Below are positions 13,879 through 25,849 of a DNA stretch of 64,000 bases, one piece after another; position 1 is the first letter of the stretch; every line of letters begins with the position of its first letter. Made by a program: the position numbers and the translations under genes. Source of the stretch: Octopus bimaculoides (Eukaryota); contig NC_069003.1 in the NCBI RefSeq assembly GCF_001194135.2, forward strand, positions 7,430,744-7,494,743, read 5' to 3'. The notes under the pieces are model-generated. The model saw only the letters and a program-made list of their open reading frames with translations, searched no databases and was not told the DNA's origin.

Positions 13879-14970
13879 AGAGAGAGAGAGGTGGGACCAT
13901 TGCCTACAAAACACCTATTTAAATTAAATTCTGTATGAATTTTGNNNNNNNNNNNNNNNNNNNNNNNNNNNNNNNNNNNNNNNNNNNNNNNNNNNNNNNN
14001 NNNNNNNNNNNNNNNNNNNNNNNNNNNNNNNNNNNNNNNNNNNNNNNNNNNNNNNNNNNNNNNNNNNNNNNNNNNNNNNNNNNNNNNNNNNNNNNNNNNN
14101 NNNNNNNNNNNNNNNNNNNNNNNNNNNNNNNNNNNNNNNNNNNNNNNNNNNNNNNNNNNNNNNNNNNNNNNNNNNNNNNNNNNNNNNNNNNNNNNNNNNN
14201 NNNNNNNNNNNNNNNNNNNNNNNNNNNNNNNNNNNNNNNNNNNNNNNNNNNNNNNNNNNNNNNNNNNNNNNNNNNNNNNNNNNNNNNNNNNNNNNNNNNN
14301 NNNNNNNNNNNNNNNNNNNNNNNNNNNNNNNNNNNNNNNNNNNNNNNNNNNNNNNNNNNNNNNNNNNNNNNNNNNNNNNNNNNNNNNNNNNNNNNNNNNN
14401 NNNNNNNNNNNNNNNNNNNNNNNNNNNNNNNNNNNNNNNNNNNNNNNNNNNNNNNNNNNNNNNNNNNNNNNNNNNNNNNNNNNNNNNNNNNNNNNNNNNN
14501 NNNNNNNNNNNNNNNNNNNNNNNNNNNNNNNNNNNNNNNNNNNNNNNNNNNNNNNNNNNNNNNNNNNNNNNNNNNNNNNNNNNNNNNNNNNNNNNNNNNN
14601 NNNNNNNNNNNNNNNNNNNNNNNNNNNNNNNNNNNNNNNNNNNNNNNNNNNNNNNNNNNNNNNNNNNNNNNNNNNNNNNNNNNNNNNNNNNNNNNNNNNN
14701 NNNNNNNNNNNNNNNNNNNNNNNNNNNNNNNNNNNNNNNNNNNNNNNNNNNNNTTATATATATATATATATACATATAAAATAAATAAATAATAATAATA
14801 ATAAATAAAATACTGTCAACTGCTGTAATGTCATTTACTCATAAAACTGTCTATTTATATGTATGTTTGTGTTCCTCTATTACATATACACGTTTCATTC
14901 CACTTTCTAGACAATTTTAGCAGAAAGCAATCAGTGTAGTTTTTTTCCAAAAAGTTTCTAACTAAAAGAA

Positions 14971-15009
<39 letters not shown>

Positions 15010-15276
15010 CATATCTATATATATATATATATATATATATGAAATGCATATATTTACAAGACATGGATAAATGAGACAGAATTAAAATCAATACAAGTCA
15101 AAATAAGTGAAGGAATTACACACACACACACAACTAAATTACATATAAATACATACAAACAAACTAAAGACAGATGTACACACAACTCCAAACTGGTTTT
15201 CATGCTCAGACATATGCATACAAATATCATCATCATCGTTTAACGTCCGTTTTCCATGCTGGCATGGGTTGGACAT

Positions 15277-15340
<64 letters not shown>

Positions 15341-15343
<3 letters not shown>

Positions 15344-15635
15344 GGTGCGGTGAATAAATTGTCGTCTAAATTACGCAAAATAACACTGACATCTTATTTT
15401 AACAGATAGATTTACCAAAATTACATAAAAATATCTTGAAATACTAAAGAGTAAATACATCCAATAAAATCACCATTGGCTTCAGCCATGGCCACCAGAA
15501 GACTTTGGAATCTCCTGCAACTCTTCTGGATGGTCTCCTTGTTTAAGTTGGCGAATGCAGGGTGCAGAGTCCTGTTGCCAGACATAGGGTCTTCCAAACC
15601 TTGTTCCGTCCAAGTACCGTCTTTTCAGATCATTG
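15341..15635 (-). mobile_element. Tc1/mariner DD37D (maT/Bmmar1-like) transposase remnant with terminus
   Basis: Minus strand GRPYVWQQDSAPC joined by a deletion to FANLNKETIQKSCRRFQSLLVAMAEANGDFI; GAGGGTG terminus in a (CA)n tract. Confidence 0.75.
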
Positions 15636-15908
15636 CAATATTATTCGGAAGGAAAAAGGTTAAAAATTATATCAACTGTTTTCTTTGCTTTGAAACCTAT
15701 GCCCGAGGGATCAACAATTTTCCAATTAGATGGGATTCTGTTATCATTAACGAAGTGAAATACTATCTTGATTAAATATAACAATTAAGACCAAAGAAAG
15801 CATTCATTTCTTTCGGTTTTTTTTTTTTTCCATCTTGAAATTCAACAAGACTTTCTTTCCAATGTGATATGTATGTATAAGGCAGTGATCTGGTAGGATC
15901 ATTAGCGC

Positions 15909-16375
15909 CAGGGCTGTGGTGTCAGAGTCATATAGTCGGAAACAGTTAAGGGGTACAAGAATTACTATTTGTAAATCTCACAACAAGAGATATTCAGCAA
16001 CAGTACTTTGGAGTAAAGATTATCTACCAACATAACATGTTATTCTGTGCTGATGAAGGGAAATAACCCAGAAATCGCAATACACAGTTATTGTTTTGAG
16101 TTGAGTGGGGGTGCTAGATTCCCTTGTTCGAAAATATAAGGACACAGATCGTGTCATATAGCCAGCTGGAGACGATGTTTCCTGGGACTAAATTACAGCA
16201 ACATTCATCCTAAATCAGGATTGCCATGTTATGTTGGCAAATAATCTTTACTCGAGTTAAGGGGTGGTTGGAGTCGGTAAAAGAGACCACAATCACTTAA
16301 TTACATAGTGGAGTCGAAGGTGCCAATTGTAGAGGAGTCAGAGTCGAAATTTTTTGTTTTGACTCCACAACTCTG
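15909..16375. mobile_element. hAT-like non-autonomous element with 8-bp TSD splitting a family B SINE
   Basis: Ends CAGGGCTGTGGTGTC / GACTCCACAACTCTG, internal GAGTC repeats; TSD ATTAGCGC (15901-15908) / ATTAGCAC (16376-16383); host SINE continues across. Confidence 0.8.
16045..16087 (+). ncRNA. Minimal type I hammerhead ribozyme motif
   Basis: Stem I CUGUG/CACAG, CUGAUGA, A-GGG(AAAUAA)CCC-A, GAAA, AU(CGCA)AU, AUA cleavage triplet. Confidence 0.6.
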
Positions 16376-16582
16376 ATTAGCACACCAGGCAAAATGCTCA
16401 GCAACATTTTGCCTGTCTTTATGTTAGGAGTTCAAATTCTGCCAAGATTTCTGCCTTTCATCTCTCTGGGGTCAATAAAGTAAGTACCAGTTAAGTACTG
16501 GGGTCAGTATAATTGAGAAGCCCCTTTTAGCCAAAACTGCTGGCCTTGTACCAAAATTTTAAATCACTATATGTGTATGTAT

Positions 16583-16890
16583 GGAGGCACATGCCTAGCA
16601 GTTAGAGCAGCGGACTCGTGGTCAAGGGATCGCAGGTTCGAATCTCAGACCGGGTGATGTTTATGTTTATGAGCGAAACACCTAAGCTCCGAGCAGCTCC
16701 AGCAGAAGGTAACAGCGGAACTTTTGCTGACTCTTTCACCACAAATTTCTCTCACACTTTCCTCCTGAATCTAGCAGCTCACCTGCGACGAACAGGTGTC
16801 CCGTCCAGGTGGGGAACCTATACGCCAGTGACACCAGGAAACTGGCCCTTATGAGCCAAGCATGGCTCGAGAAGGAACAAACAACAACAG
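16583..16890 (+). mobile_element. tRNA-derived SINE, A-related head with V/Meta-like core
   Basis: B box GGTTCGAATCTC; CCTGCGACGAACAGGTGTCCCGTCCAGG core; (AAC)n tail. Confidence 0.75.
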
Positions 16891-16914
16891 CATACATATA
16901 TGTATGTGTGTAGG

Positions 16915-17130
16915 TAGCGAGCTGGTAGAATTATTAGCACACCAGGCAAAATGCTTTGCGACATTTTGTCTGTCCTCCTGTTCTGAGTTCAAACTCTGCT
17001 GAGGTCGACTTTGCTTTCATCATTTTAGTGTCAATAAAACAAGTACCAGTCAAGCATTGGGGTCAATGTAATAGATATAAACCCCTTACATTAAAAATTG
17101 TTGGCTCTGTACCAAAATTTGAAACCAATA
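16915..17130 (+). mobile_element. SINE family B
   Basis: GAGCTGGTAGAA head, GAGTTCAAACTC B box, GTCGACTTTGC core, CCAAAATTTGAAACC end. Confidence 0.8.
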
Positions 17131-17560
17131 CGTGCGTATGTGTGCATGCACGTGTATGTGTGTGAACATGTAGTAACATTATTTTAGAAAAAAAAAAAAA
17201 TACTATTTTTAAAGATATTATCTACTTTACACAGAGTTAAGATATCAGCTACTTCAACTTTGTACAACTTCATCTATGTCAAGCTGTTGCTACATTGTCA
17301 ACCAAAGACCTAAAAATATTTTCTTATAATAAATTGTTTTTTAATCTCTGTGAGTGGCATGGGTGGAGGGCTAAGTCAGAGATTCAAGTTTGATTCTTGT
17401 TTGAGTCATTTCCTATTTATTCCTTGTATATGTAATTCCCTCATGAACCTTGGAACTGGACAGGTTAGCAGATTAAATCAGGGTTTCTCAACCATCTTTT
17501 TTACTTATGGACTCCTTTGATTCCTAAGATTACACACACTGCAGGCTTCTTTTAGTTTCT

Positions 17561-17790
17561 TATTTCTTTATTGCCCACAAGGGGCTAAACATAGAGGGGA
17601 CAAACAAGGACAGACAAAGAGATTAAGTCGATGTAATCAATTCCAGTGCGTAACTGGTACTTAATTTATCGACCCCGAAAGGATGAAAGGCAAAGTCAAC
17701 CTCAGCAGAATTTCAACTCAGAACGTAGCAGCAGATGAAATACCGTTAAGCATTTCGCCCGGCATGCTAACGATTCTGCCAGCTCACCGC
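17561..17790 (-). mobile_element. Young family B SINE nested in family C SINE, 15-bp TSD
   Basis: TSD CTTCTTTTAGTTTCT at 17546-17560 and 17791-17805. Confidence 0.85.
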
Positions 17791-18582
17791 CTTCTTTTAG
17801 TTTCTGTCAACCAAATTCCCTCACAAGGCTTTGATCAACCTAGGGCTACAACAGAACACTCTTATCTAAGGTCCACACAGCGAGCTTCAACCCCCAAACC
17901 ACATGAATGGAAAGCAAACTTCTTAAGTACACAGCCATGCTTGCACCTATTCCAATACTTCTACAATTCACAAAAGCTGATAATACAGCTAATCATTGTC
18001 TCCAAAATGGACTAGCATCCTATCCTAAGAAAGCTTTATCTCTTAACCACTTCATATTATAGAAACCAGAGTCACATTCTGCTTCTGTAATTTATATAAA
18101 AATACATTAAATTCTGATTTCTTGTATCTTTACAACCCACATTAGATACATATATGGCAGCTGTCTGTTTAAATTTACACCTGCTCCCATGTTTTGCTGT
18201 TTTATTTCATGCTCCATCTTTGTTTATTTGAAATGGGAAGATTTCATTTCTCTCGTATGACGCAATTGCTTTGCTTTAATATTTATGCGCTCCGTTTCCT
18301 CTAACATGAAACTCGCATCAACCTTCCTGGTTTGCTTGCTTCCTTCCTCATTCAATAATTACAACAGGTCAGCGTATCGATTGAAGCTGTGCAGATTATT
18401 TACACTTTAGTTCTGATATAGGAAGAAAGAAGCCAACACGTTTGGTGGAACTACTTTAATCTTTTACTTGTTTCACGCACTTGATTGTGGCCATGCTGGG
18501 GCACCGCCTCGAAGGGTTTTAGTCGAATAAATTGACCCCCAGAACTTTTCCCTTTTTTAAGCCTGGTATTTATTCTATCAGT

Positions 18583-18953
18583 GGAGGTGCAATGGCCCAG
18601 TGGTTAGGGCAGCGGACTTGCAGTCATAGGATCACGGTTGGATTCCTAGAACGGCCGTTGTGAGTGTTTATTGAGCGAAAACACCTAAAGCTCCATGAGG
18701 CTCCGGCAGGGGGTGGTGGTGAACCCTGCTGTACTCTTCCACCACAACTTTCTCTCACTATTACTGCCTGTAATTCAAAGGGCCAGCCTTGTCACACTCT
18801 GTGTCACGCTGAATCTCCCCGAGAACTACATTAAGGGTACACGTGTCTGTGGAATGCTCAGCCACTTGCATGTTAATTTCATGAGCAGGCTGTTCCGTTA
18901 ATCGGATCAACTGGAACCCTCGACGTCGTAAGCGAAGGAGTGCCAACAACAAC
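18583..18953 (+). mobile_element. Full-length SINE family A with 15-bp TSD inside a family C 3' domain
   Basis: TSD ATTTATTCTATCAGT at 18568-18582 and 18954-18968; homologous to 869-1258. Confidence 0.9.
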
Positions 18954-20832
18954 ATTTATTCTATCAGTCTATTTTCCTGAACTGCTGAGTTAAGGGGTCG
19001 TAAACACACCAACAGTTTGTCAAACGGTGATGGAGAACAGTGACAGACACAAAGACACGCACACACACACAAATATAGACATATCTCTCTTCACACCTAC
19101 CCACCTCTCCTCTCCTCCTCTGACACCTACTTCCTCTCTTCACTCCTACCCACCTCTTCTCTTCATCGATACCCTTTCCATCCACACCACCACTTCCTAG
19201 CACTGACCACTTCCCAGCACCCACACCACACACCATTATCTGCACACCCACACACCATCATCCGCACACTCACACATTACAGATACACACACTTACACAC
19301 ACACACATCCATGCCTGGCCATGGGACAAATATTACCTCACTTGGAAACAAGCGAGAATTGGCAACAGGCAGGGCCAGCAGATTTTGAGGGTAGAGGGTG
19401 TTCAGTTCCACTGACCCCAGTATTTGACTAATACTTATTTTATTGACCCTAAAAAGATAAAAGGCAAAGTTGGCCGCAGCAGAATTTGAACTCAGAATGT
19501 AAAAACAGAAAAAATGCCACTAAGCGTTTTGTCCAGCATGCTAATGATTCTGCCAGTTCGTTACCTTAATGAGAGTAAGAACCCAAAAAGCAAATATGAT
19601 ACAAGTGGGGTCAACCTTATAAAAGTTAACTTGGAAAATTTAATGGGAATGCTTAAAGAAAAATGGTAAATTTAAACAAAGAATTAATCTGAAATTATTG
19701 CTCTTGAGAAAATTTAAATTCAAATATGAGAAGCTATTTCATTTAGCATNNNNNNNNNNNNNNNNNNNNNNNNNNNNNNNNNNNNNNNNNNNNNNNNNNN
19801 NNNNNNNNNNNNNNNNNNNNNNNNNNNNNNNNNNNNNNNNNNNNNNNNNNNNNNNNNNNNNNNNNNNNNNNNNNNNNNNNNNNNNNNNNNNNNNNNNNNN
19901 NNNNNNNNNNNNNNNNNNNNNNNNNNNNNNNNNNNNNNNNNNNNNNNNNNNNNNNNNNNNNNNNNNNNNNNNNNNNNNNNNNNNNNNNNNNNNNNNNNNN
20001 NNNNNNNNNNNNNNNNNNNNNNNNNNNNNNNNNNNNNNNNNNNNNNNNNNNNNNNNNNNNNNNNNNNNNNNNNNNNNNNNNNNNNNNNNNNNNNNNNNNN
20101 NNNNNNNNNNNNNNNNNNNNNNNNNNNNNNNNNNNNNNNNNNNNNNNNNNNNNNNNNNNNNNNNNNNNNNNNNNNNNNNNNNNNNNNNNNNNNNNNNNNN
20201 NNNNNNNNNNNNNNNNNNNNNNNNNNNNNNNNNNNNNNNNNNNNNNNNNNNNNNNNNNNNNNNNNNNNNNNNNNNNNNNNNNNNNNNNNNNNNNNNNNNN
20301 NNNNNNNNNNNNNNNNNNNNNNNNNNNNNNNNNNNNNNNNNNNNNNNNNNNNNNNNNNNNNNNNNNNNNNNNNNNNNNNNNNNNNNNNNNNNNNNNNNNN
20401 NNNNNNNNNNNNNNNNNNNNNNNNNNNNNNNNNNNNNNNNNNNNNNNNNNNNNNNNNNNNNNNNNNNNNNNNNNNNNNNNNNNNNNNNNNNNNNNNNNNN
20501 NNACTAAAAATTAATGTTAAAATTATTCATAAAAGAATACACAGTGAATTATCAATAATCAGTGAAGAAAGTGAATTCTCTTTTTCTTTCCTTTCCCTTG
20601 TTTAAGTCATTAGACTATGGCCATGCTGGAGCACTTGACAGGTTAAATCGAGCAATTTGACTCTAGTACTTATTTTTTATGTCTGGTAGAACTTATTCTA
20701 CCAGTCTCTTTTGCAGAGATGTTACAGGGATGTAAACAACCCATTACCGTTTGTCATCAGTTGTCAAGTGGCAGCAGTGGACATACATAAAGACACACAC
20801 ACACACACACACACACTCACAAACACATACAT

Positions 20833-21174
20833 ATCATCATCATTTAGCGTCTGCTTTCCATGCTAGCATGGGTTGCACAGTTTGTCTGAGGACTTGCAAG
20901 CCAGGAAGATGCACCAGGCTCCAATCTGATCTGGCAAGGTTTCTACAGCTGGTTGCCCTTCCTAACACCACCCATTCCAAGAGGCATTTCTTCTGAATAG
21001 ATGTGCTCCAAGTTCAAATCCTATTGATTCAATTACATTGCTCAACTGGTACTTGTTTCCTCAACCCCGAAAGGATGAATGGCAAAGTTGATCTTGGTGG
21101 TATTTGAAATCAGAATGTAAAGATGCCACTAAGCATTTTGCTCGTCGTGCTAACAAATTTTCCAGCTCGCCACC

Positions 21175-21220
<46 letters not shown>

Positions 21221-21440
21221 TGATAATAATCCTTTCTATTATAGGCACAAGGCCTGAAATTTGGGGGAGGGGGATAGTCGATTACATCGACCCCAGTACT
21301 CAGCTGGTACTTTATCGACCCCAAAAGGATGAAAGGTAAAGTCGACCTTGGCAGAATTTGAACTAAGAATGTAGCGATGGATGATATATAACACTAAGAA
21401 TTGCATTTAGCGTGCTAACGATTCTGCCAGCTTACCACCT
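20833..21440 (-). mobile_element. RTE tail fragment plus two family B SINEs separated by (AAT)n
   Basis: RTE tail 20833-20990; B copies 21010-21178 and 21230-21440. Confidence 0.75.
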
Positions 21441-22495
21441 TAATAATAATAATAATAATAACTATGATAATAATAACTAATAATAATGATGATAATAACA
21501 ACAATTATGGTAATGATAACAATTTTCCAAAAAAAAAGAAAAGAAAAAAAAAGATAAAAATGCAAAATGAAGTGGTTGCTTTTGTTCAAGTTAATGTCAT
21601 GAGAAAATAAAGGTCAATGATTTGTTTTTCACTTAGTAAATGACATAAAAGTAAAAAGTAAACAAGATTTATATATTTATTTTAATTGTTTTAATCAACT
21701 GTATGTTATTACCATTCCGGTACGAGAGCAAACAACAGACAGAAAATTAAACAAAACCAAAGATTTCAAGATCTGCAATAAGCAACAATGAATCTTCAAC
21801 AGAGTAAATCCCGTCATTTATCAACTGCCTGGCTGACTGTTAGCATTTGAAAAAATGGACACTGAAGAGGCTAAAGTGATTACAGCAAAACTATAACAAA
21901 AATATAGTGATTTTTTTATAATTTTAGGATTTTTAAAAAAAGTTGTTTTTGCAATATTATAGTTTGTCAGATATGTGTATCATATTACATCGTTTGTATG
22001 ACAAGAGTCAAGTTAGCATCTCAAGAGATAAAAACTATTAATGAACCGCAAACATGTCTGTTGTTATCAGAGCCGTATTTGCACGACAGATCATTGTAAA
22101 TTAAACTTCAGTCAATGTTGATAGAAGAGACCAAAGTATGCATTATGATAAGCCGTTTTCAATGTCCCTTGTAAACATGAGATGTTTGCAAAGGTATAAG
22201 ATTAATTCTCTGCTTTGTACATCAAACAAAGGAGAAAAATGAAAAATGATCATCCACCAACGAAGGATGGAAGCCACTACATACAACAATAAACACTCGA
22301 GCTCAAACAATGTATTGAATATATAAATGGATTATAAGTGCATGAGTGATTGTGTGGTAAAGATGTTTGCTTCTCAACTACGTGGCTTTGGGTTCAATCC
22401 CACGGTGTGGCATGTTGGGTAAGTGTCTTCTACTATAACCACTGAACAACCAAAGCCTTGCAAGTAGATTTGGAAGACAGAAACTAAAAGAAGCC

Positions 22496-22727
22496 AGAAA
22501 CTTAAAGGCGGCGATCTGGCGGAAACGTTAGCACGCCAGGCGAAATGCTTAGCGGTATTTCGTCTGTCTTTACGTTCTGAGTTCAAATTCCGCCGAGGTC
22601 GACTTTGCCTTTCATCCTTTCGGGGTCGCTAAATTAAGTACCAGTTATGCAGTGGAGTCAATGTGATCGACTTAATCCCTTTGTCTGTCCCCTCTGTGTT
22701 TAGCCCCTTGTGGGCGCTAAAGAAATA
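22496..22727 (+). mobile_element. Young family B SINE nested in family C SINE, 17-bp TSD
   Basis: TSD AGAAACTAAAAGAAGCC at 22479-22495 and 22728-22744; host head from about 22325. Confidence 0.9.
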
Positions 22728-22787
22728 AGAAACTAAAAGAAGCCCATCATATATATATGTACATACACGCATACATACATATACACA

Positions 22788-22992
22788 TGAGGTGGAGTGC
22801 TGAAAAGTTTCTAGCATTAGGCAAAACAAAAAATACAGGCGGATCAGTTAATTATGATTTTATTCAACATATTCCCCTTCTCGGATTCACACATTTATTG
22901 CAGCGGTCTTTCAGTTTTTCTAAGCCCTGTAAAAGAACTCAGAAGGCCTTTTGTAATACCCTTAAAGTTAGGAACTTTGCAGCCCCACATTG
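22788..22992. mobile_element. Mariner-type MITE in a microsatellite
   Basis: Ends TGAGG..GTGCTGAAAAGTT / AACTTTGCAGCCCC..TG-TA; reverse-complement homologue of 53347-53569. Confidence 0.75.
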
Positions 22993-23149
22993 TACAAGTT
23001 TGTGTGTGTGTGTGTTTCCCTTTCTTTGTCTTGACATCATGTGACTGTTGTGAATGAATGTTATTCATTTCCAATATTCTGGCCTTATTTATCTTGCTTG
23101 GAAACAGGTAAATCTGCCTCAATAAAAACCATCTGACCCATGCAAGCAG

Positions 23150-23345
23150 AGAAAATGGGCATCAAAATGACGACGATGATAATGATGATAATAATTATGA
23201 CAACGATGACAATGATAATGATGCAGACGATGATAGTGAGGCTGACAATGATTGAGAGGACGACAGTGATGGTGATGACAATGGTAATGGTGATGATGAT
23301 GGTGGTGGTGGTGGTGGTGGTGACAGTCATGATGCTTACATTGTT
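23150..23345. repeat. (GAT)n/(GGT)n trinucleotide tract extending an RTE tail
   Basis: Preceded by CCATCTGACCCATGCAAGCA, the RTE terminal motif. Confidence 0.85.
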
Positions 23346-23644
23346 TTGATGCTAAGTGTTCGATTGTTCAGTCAACTAAACTGCTCACTGAATTAGCCTG
23401 TAGAACCATAGTCATTACTCACTATTGAGTACGTCTTGAAAGTATGTCACACTCTTTCACTAATTATGAATTGAAGGGAAAGAGGGTGATGTTCAGAGAT
23501 GGGGAAGACATGGTTGTAGTGAGTGACAGTGAGAGGCAACAGAGTGGCTGGAAGGGAGGGGTATGGAAGATATGTTAAAGCATGGAGAAAGTGTAGATGG
23601 ATTTTTTTTTCTTTCCTATCATTTGTATTATACTTTAGTGTAAA

Positions 23645-23892
23645 ACAAGGGTAACGACCCCCTTCGGTCATGAATGACCGTGGGATTGCAACTAGAAAGT
23701 TTCCCCTCCAAGGCACAAGTCCAGGCAAGATTGTTTGTGGAAGACCAGCAGTCGTTCATCCATGTCTCGACACCACCAATGTTATCCAAGGGAACGGAAA
23801 AGGCCATGAGACAGCTCGACACCAGTGACGTCACAACTCATTTCTACAGCTGAGTGAACTGCAAGAACGTGAAATAAAGTATCTTGCTCAAG
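23645..23892 (-). mobile_element. SINE body with CTTGAGCAAG..CACTCAGCTG core, 5' truncated
   Basis: Core shared with SINEs at 4640, 7075 and 7360 but with a different 3' part. Confidence 0.65.
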
Positions 23893-23994
23893 TGGAAAAC
23901 AAAGTGAAGACTCTACAGTTCTATATTTAAGAGATGAGGAATTATTTACATTATTTACATTTGTCGGATATTTGTCCTCATCTTGTTTGTTGTT

Positions 23995-24040
23995 AACACA
24001 ACGTTTCGGCTGATATACCCTCCAGCCTTCGTCAGGTGTC
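23995..24040 (-). ncRNA. Minimal type I hammerhead ribozyme (best copy of the tRNA-headed family)
   Basis: GACAC CUGACGA A GGCUG(GAGGGUAUAU)CAGCC GAAAC GUU GUGUU; stem I 5 bp, stem II 5 bp, palindromic ACGU stem III. Confidence 0.8.
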
Positions 24041-24059
24041 TTGGGGAAATTTCGAACAA

Positions 24060-24215
24060 CACTGGAAAATACGAAAACTAAAAGAAGCAGCACATATGCT
24101 AGGACACAACAACCTCCTCAGCAGACCGAGCGCAGATATGAATAGCATATGGGAACCAGTATTGAGGAAGGATAGAAAAATAATAGATTTACAAGCCTTA
24201 AAATTCACCCCATAA
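24060..24215 (+). pseudogene. C-terminal 51 codons of a Penelope-like GIY-YIG endonuclease
   Basis: HWKIRKLKEAAHMLGHNNLLSRPSADMNSIWEPVLRKDRKIIDLQALKFTP*, resembling the RK.KEA..I..LNR..G..L..W motif; open frame. Confidence 0.7.
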
Positions 24216-24223
24216 TTGCCCAC

Positions 24224-24296
24224 GGGCATATGGCGTAGTGGTTAAGAGCGCGGGCTACTAACCCCAAGGTTCCGAGTTCGATTCACGGCAGCGACC
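24224..24296 (+). ncRNA. tRNA-like Pol III head inside the Penelope terminal repeat
   Basis: A box TGGCGTAGTGG 24231-24241, B box GAGTTCGATTC 24274-24284; imperfect cloverleaf, not a functional tRNA. Confidence 0.75.
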
Positions 24297-24381
24297 TGAT
24301 TAATAATAGTAATAATAATAATTATAATATAATAATAGTAACATCGTTAGGAATGAGAACCCAGGTTCGAAATTTCCCCAA

Positions 24382-24427
24382 GACACCTGACGAAGGCTGG
24401 AGGGTATATCAGCTGAAACGTTGTGCT
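24382..24427 (+). ncRNA. Minimal hammerhead ribozyme, slightly degenerate copy
   Basis: Same as 23995-24040 with CAGCU closing stem II and one stem I mismatch. Confidence 0.7.
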
Positions 24428-25849
24428 AACAACAAACAAGATGAGGACAAATATCCGACAAATGTAAACAATGTAAATAATGTAAAGTGAAGACTCCTAT
24501 CTACTTGGTGTATTATATATTATTTTGTTATTTTGTTAGAAAAAGAAATCATATTGGATACCAGTCATTCACCATTTCAGGCAAAATGGTCTTAGGTTGT
24601 TGGTTAGCTATGGTACCTGGCTGTATGGTAAAATAATTCTATAGCACAACAAACATTGGTTTTCATCTGCAAGATATCTCTGTCTTAAATGTGAAAGCAG
24701 AATTTGCTTTGCTTTTTCATTTAGTAAATTTCATTGAACAATTAAACTAATCAAATAGACAGATGATGACATCAAGAAGCTGACAACTAATTTTTGTGTT
24801 TTTTTATTTGAAGGATATTAAAATTGACAGAGTGACATCAGCAAAAATTTACCATTTAAAATTCATGAAGATACTTGATGAAGTCAACAGGAAAGTAGAG
24901 GTCTTTCAAGAGGGCAGAGTAAAAAAACCAAAAAAAAAAAAAAAAAAAAAACCAAAAAGAAAAAAAAAAGAGAAGCAAATGAGAGAACTGAAGCAAAAGC
25001 TGCTAAACATCACATCGGCTACAATTTGCAATCAGCTGTTGGCTTTGATAGACTCGTCAAATATTGAACAGCTGCAATACACAATTTGAAACTGATAGCT
25101 TAAAAACTATATTATTGCTGATGACACTGGCATTCTCTTCACTCAGTCTTTTTCTCCCTAACTCTCTCTCTCTCTTACTCACATAACTATAAAACCAATG
25201 CACAGCAACACCACTGTAAGAAAGAAATTGTCTTTTGCTTTTCCGTAGTTCCCTATTGGACTGTCATGTCCAACACAATTTTTTTTAACAATAAACATAT
25301 GACGACGAATTGAAACTACACCTCTGCTCATTCATTACCTCATCTATTCTCTCCATTCATTCTATTATCAAAGATCTTTACCACACAGAACCTCATCTGT
25401 TGGGATGAATTAACCTGGTGAATAAACACTGACATTACTGAACACAACCAACTTGCTAGACCAGAGTATTATTGCCATTGACTATTTCGTTTCATTTCAT
25501 TTTTATATTTTCACCTCTGGTGTTATTTCATTCTTTTACTGGTTTCAGGTATTAGACTACAGTCATGCTGGGGCAGAGTTCCAGTATGGTCGTAACCCAC
25601 TAACTGAAACTAATAAATGGTAAAAGATATGCATTTAATTTTATTCCATAGTTAAGGTTGTATAAAGCGTAACACTTGAAGTTGTTTCAGCATATTAAAG
25701 TTATTTTGATTATATTTTTGATAAGAACATCCAATTACTTGTCACAACAGGCAGAATAATATAGAAGACAGATATGGCTCACAAGGTGCATCAATGAGAT
25801 TAATAAATACAGATAAAAAGGAGGAGGGGAGAAATAATATATATATTAA

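Larger units (their letters stand above)
23914..24483 (+). mobile_element. 5'-truncated Penelope-like element with inverted terminal repeat and 13-bp TSD
   Basis: TSD AAAGTGAAGACTC at 23901-23913 and 24484-24496; about 23940-24057 is the reverse complement of 24364-24483; GIY-YIG-like C-terminus between. Confidence 0.85.

Noticed and set aside
21862-21900. CTGAAGA-G-GCT..AGC-AAAAC hammerhead-like motif
   Set aside because: G12 and the cleavage triplet are lost and there is no stem I
24224-24296. Functional tRNA genes
   Set aside because: All tRNA-like segments have broken acceptor or anticodon arms and lie in repeats
24907-24975. Lys-rich ORF segment
   Set aside because: Poly-A tract
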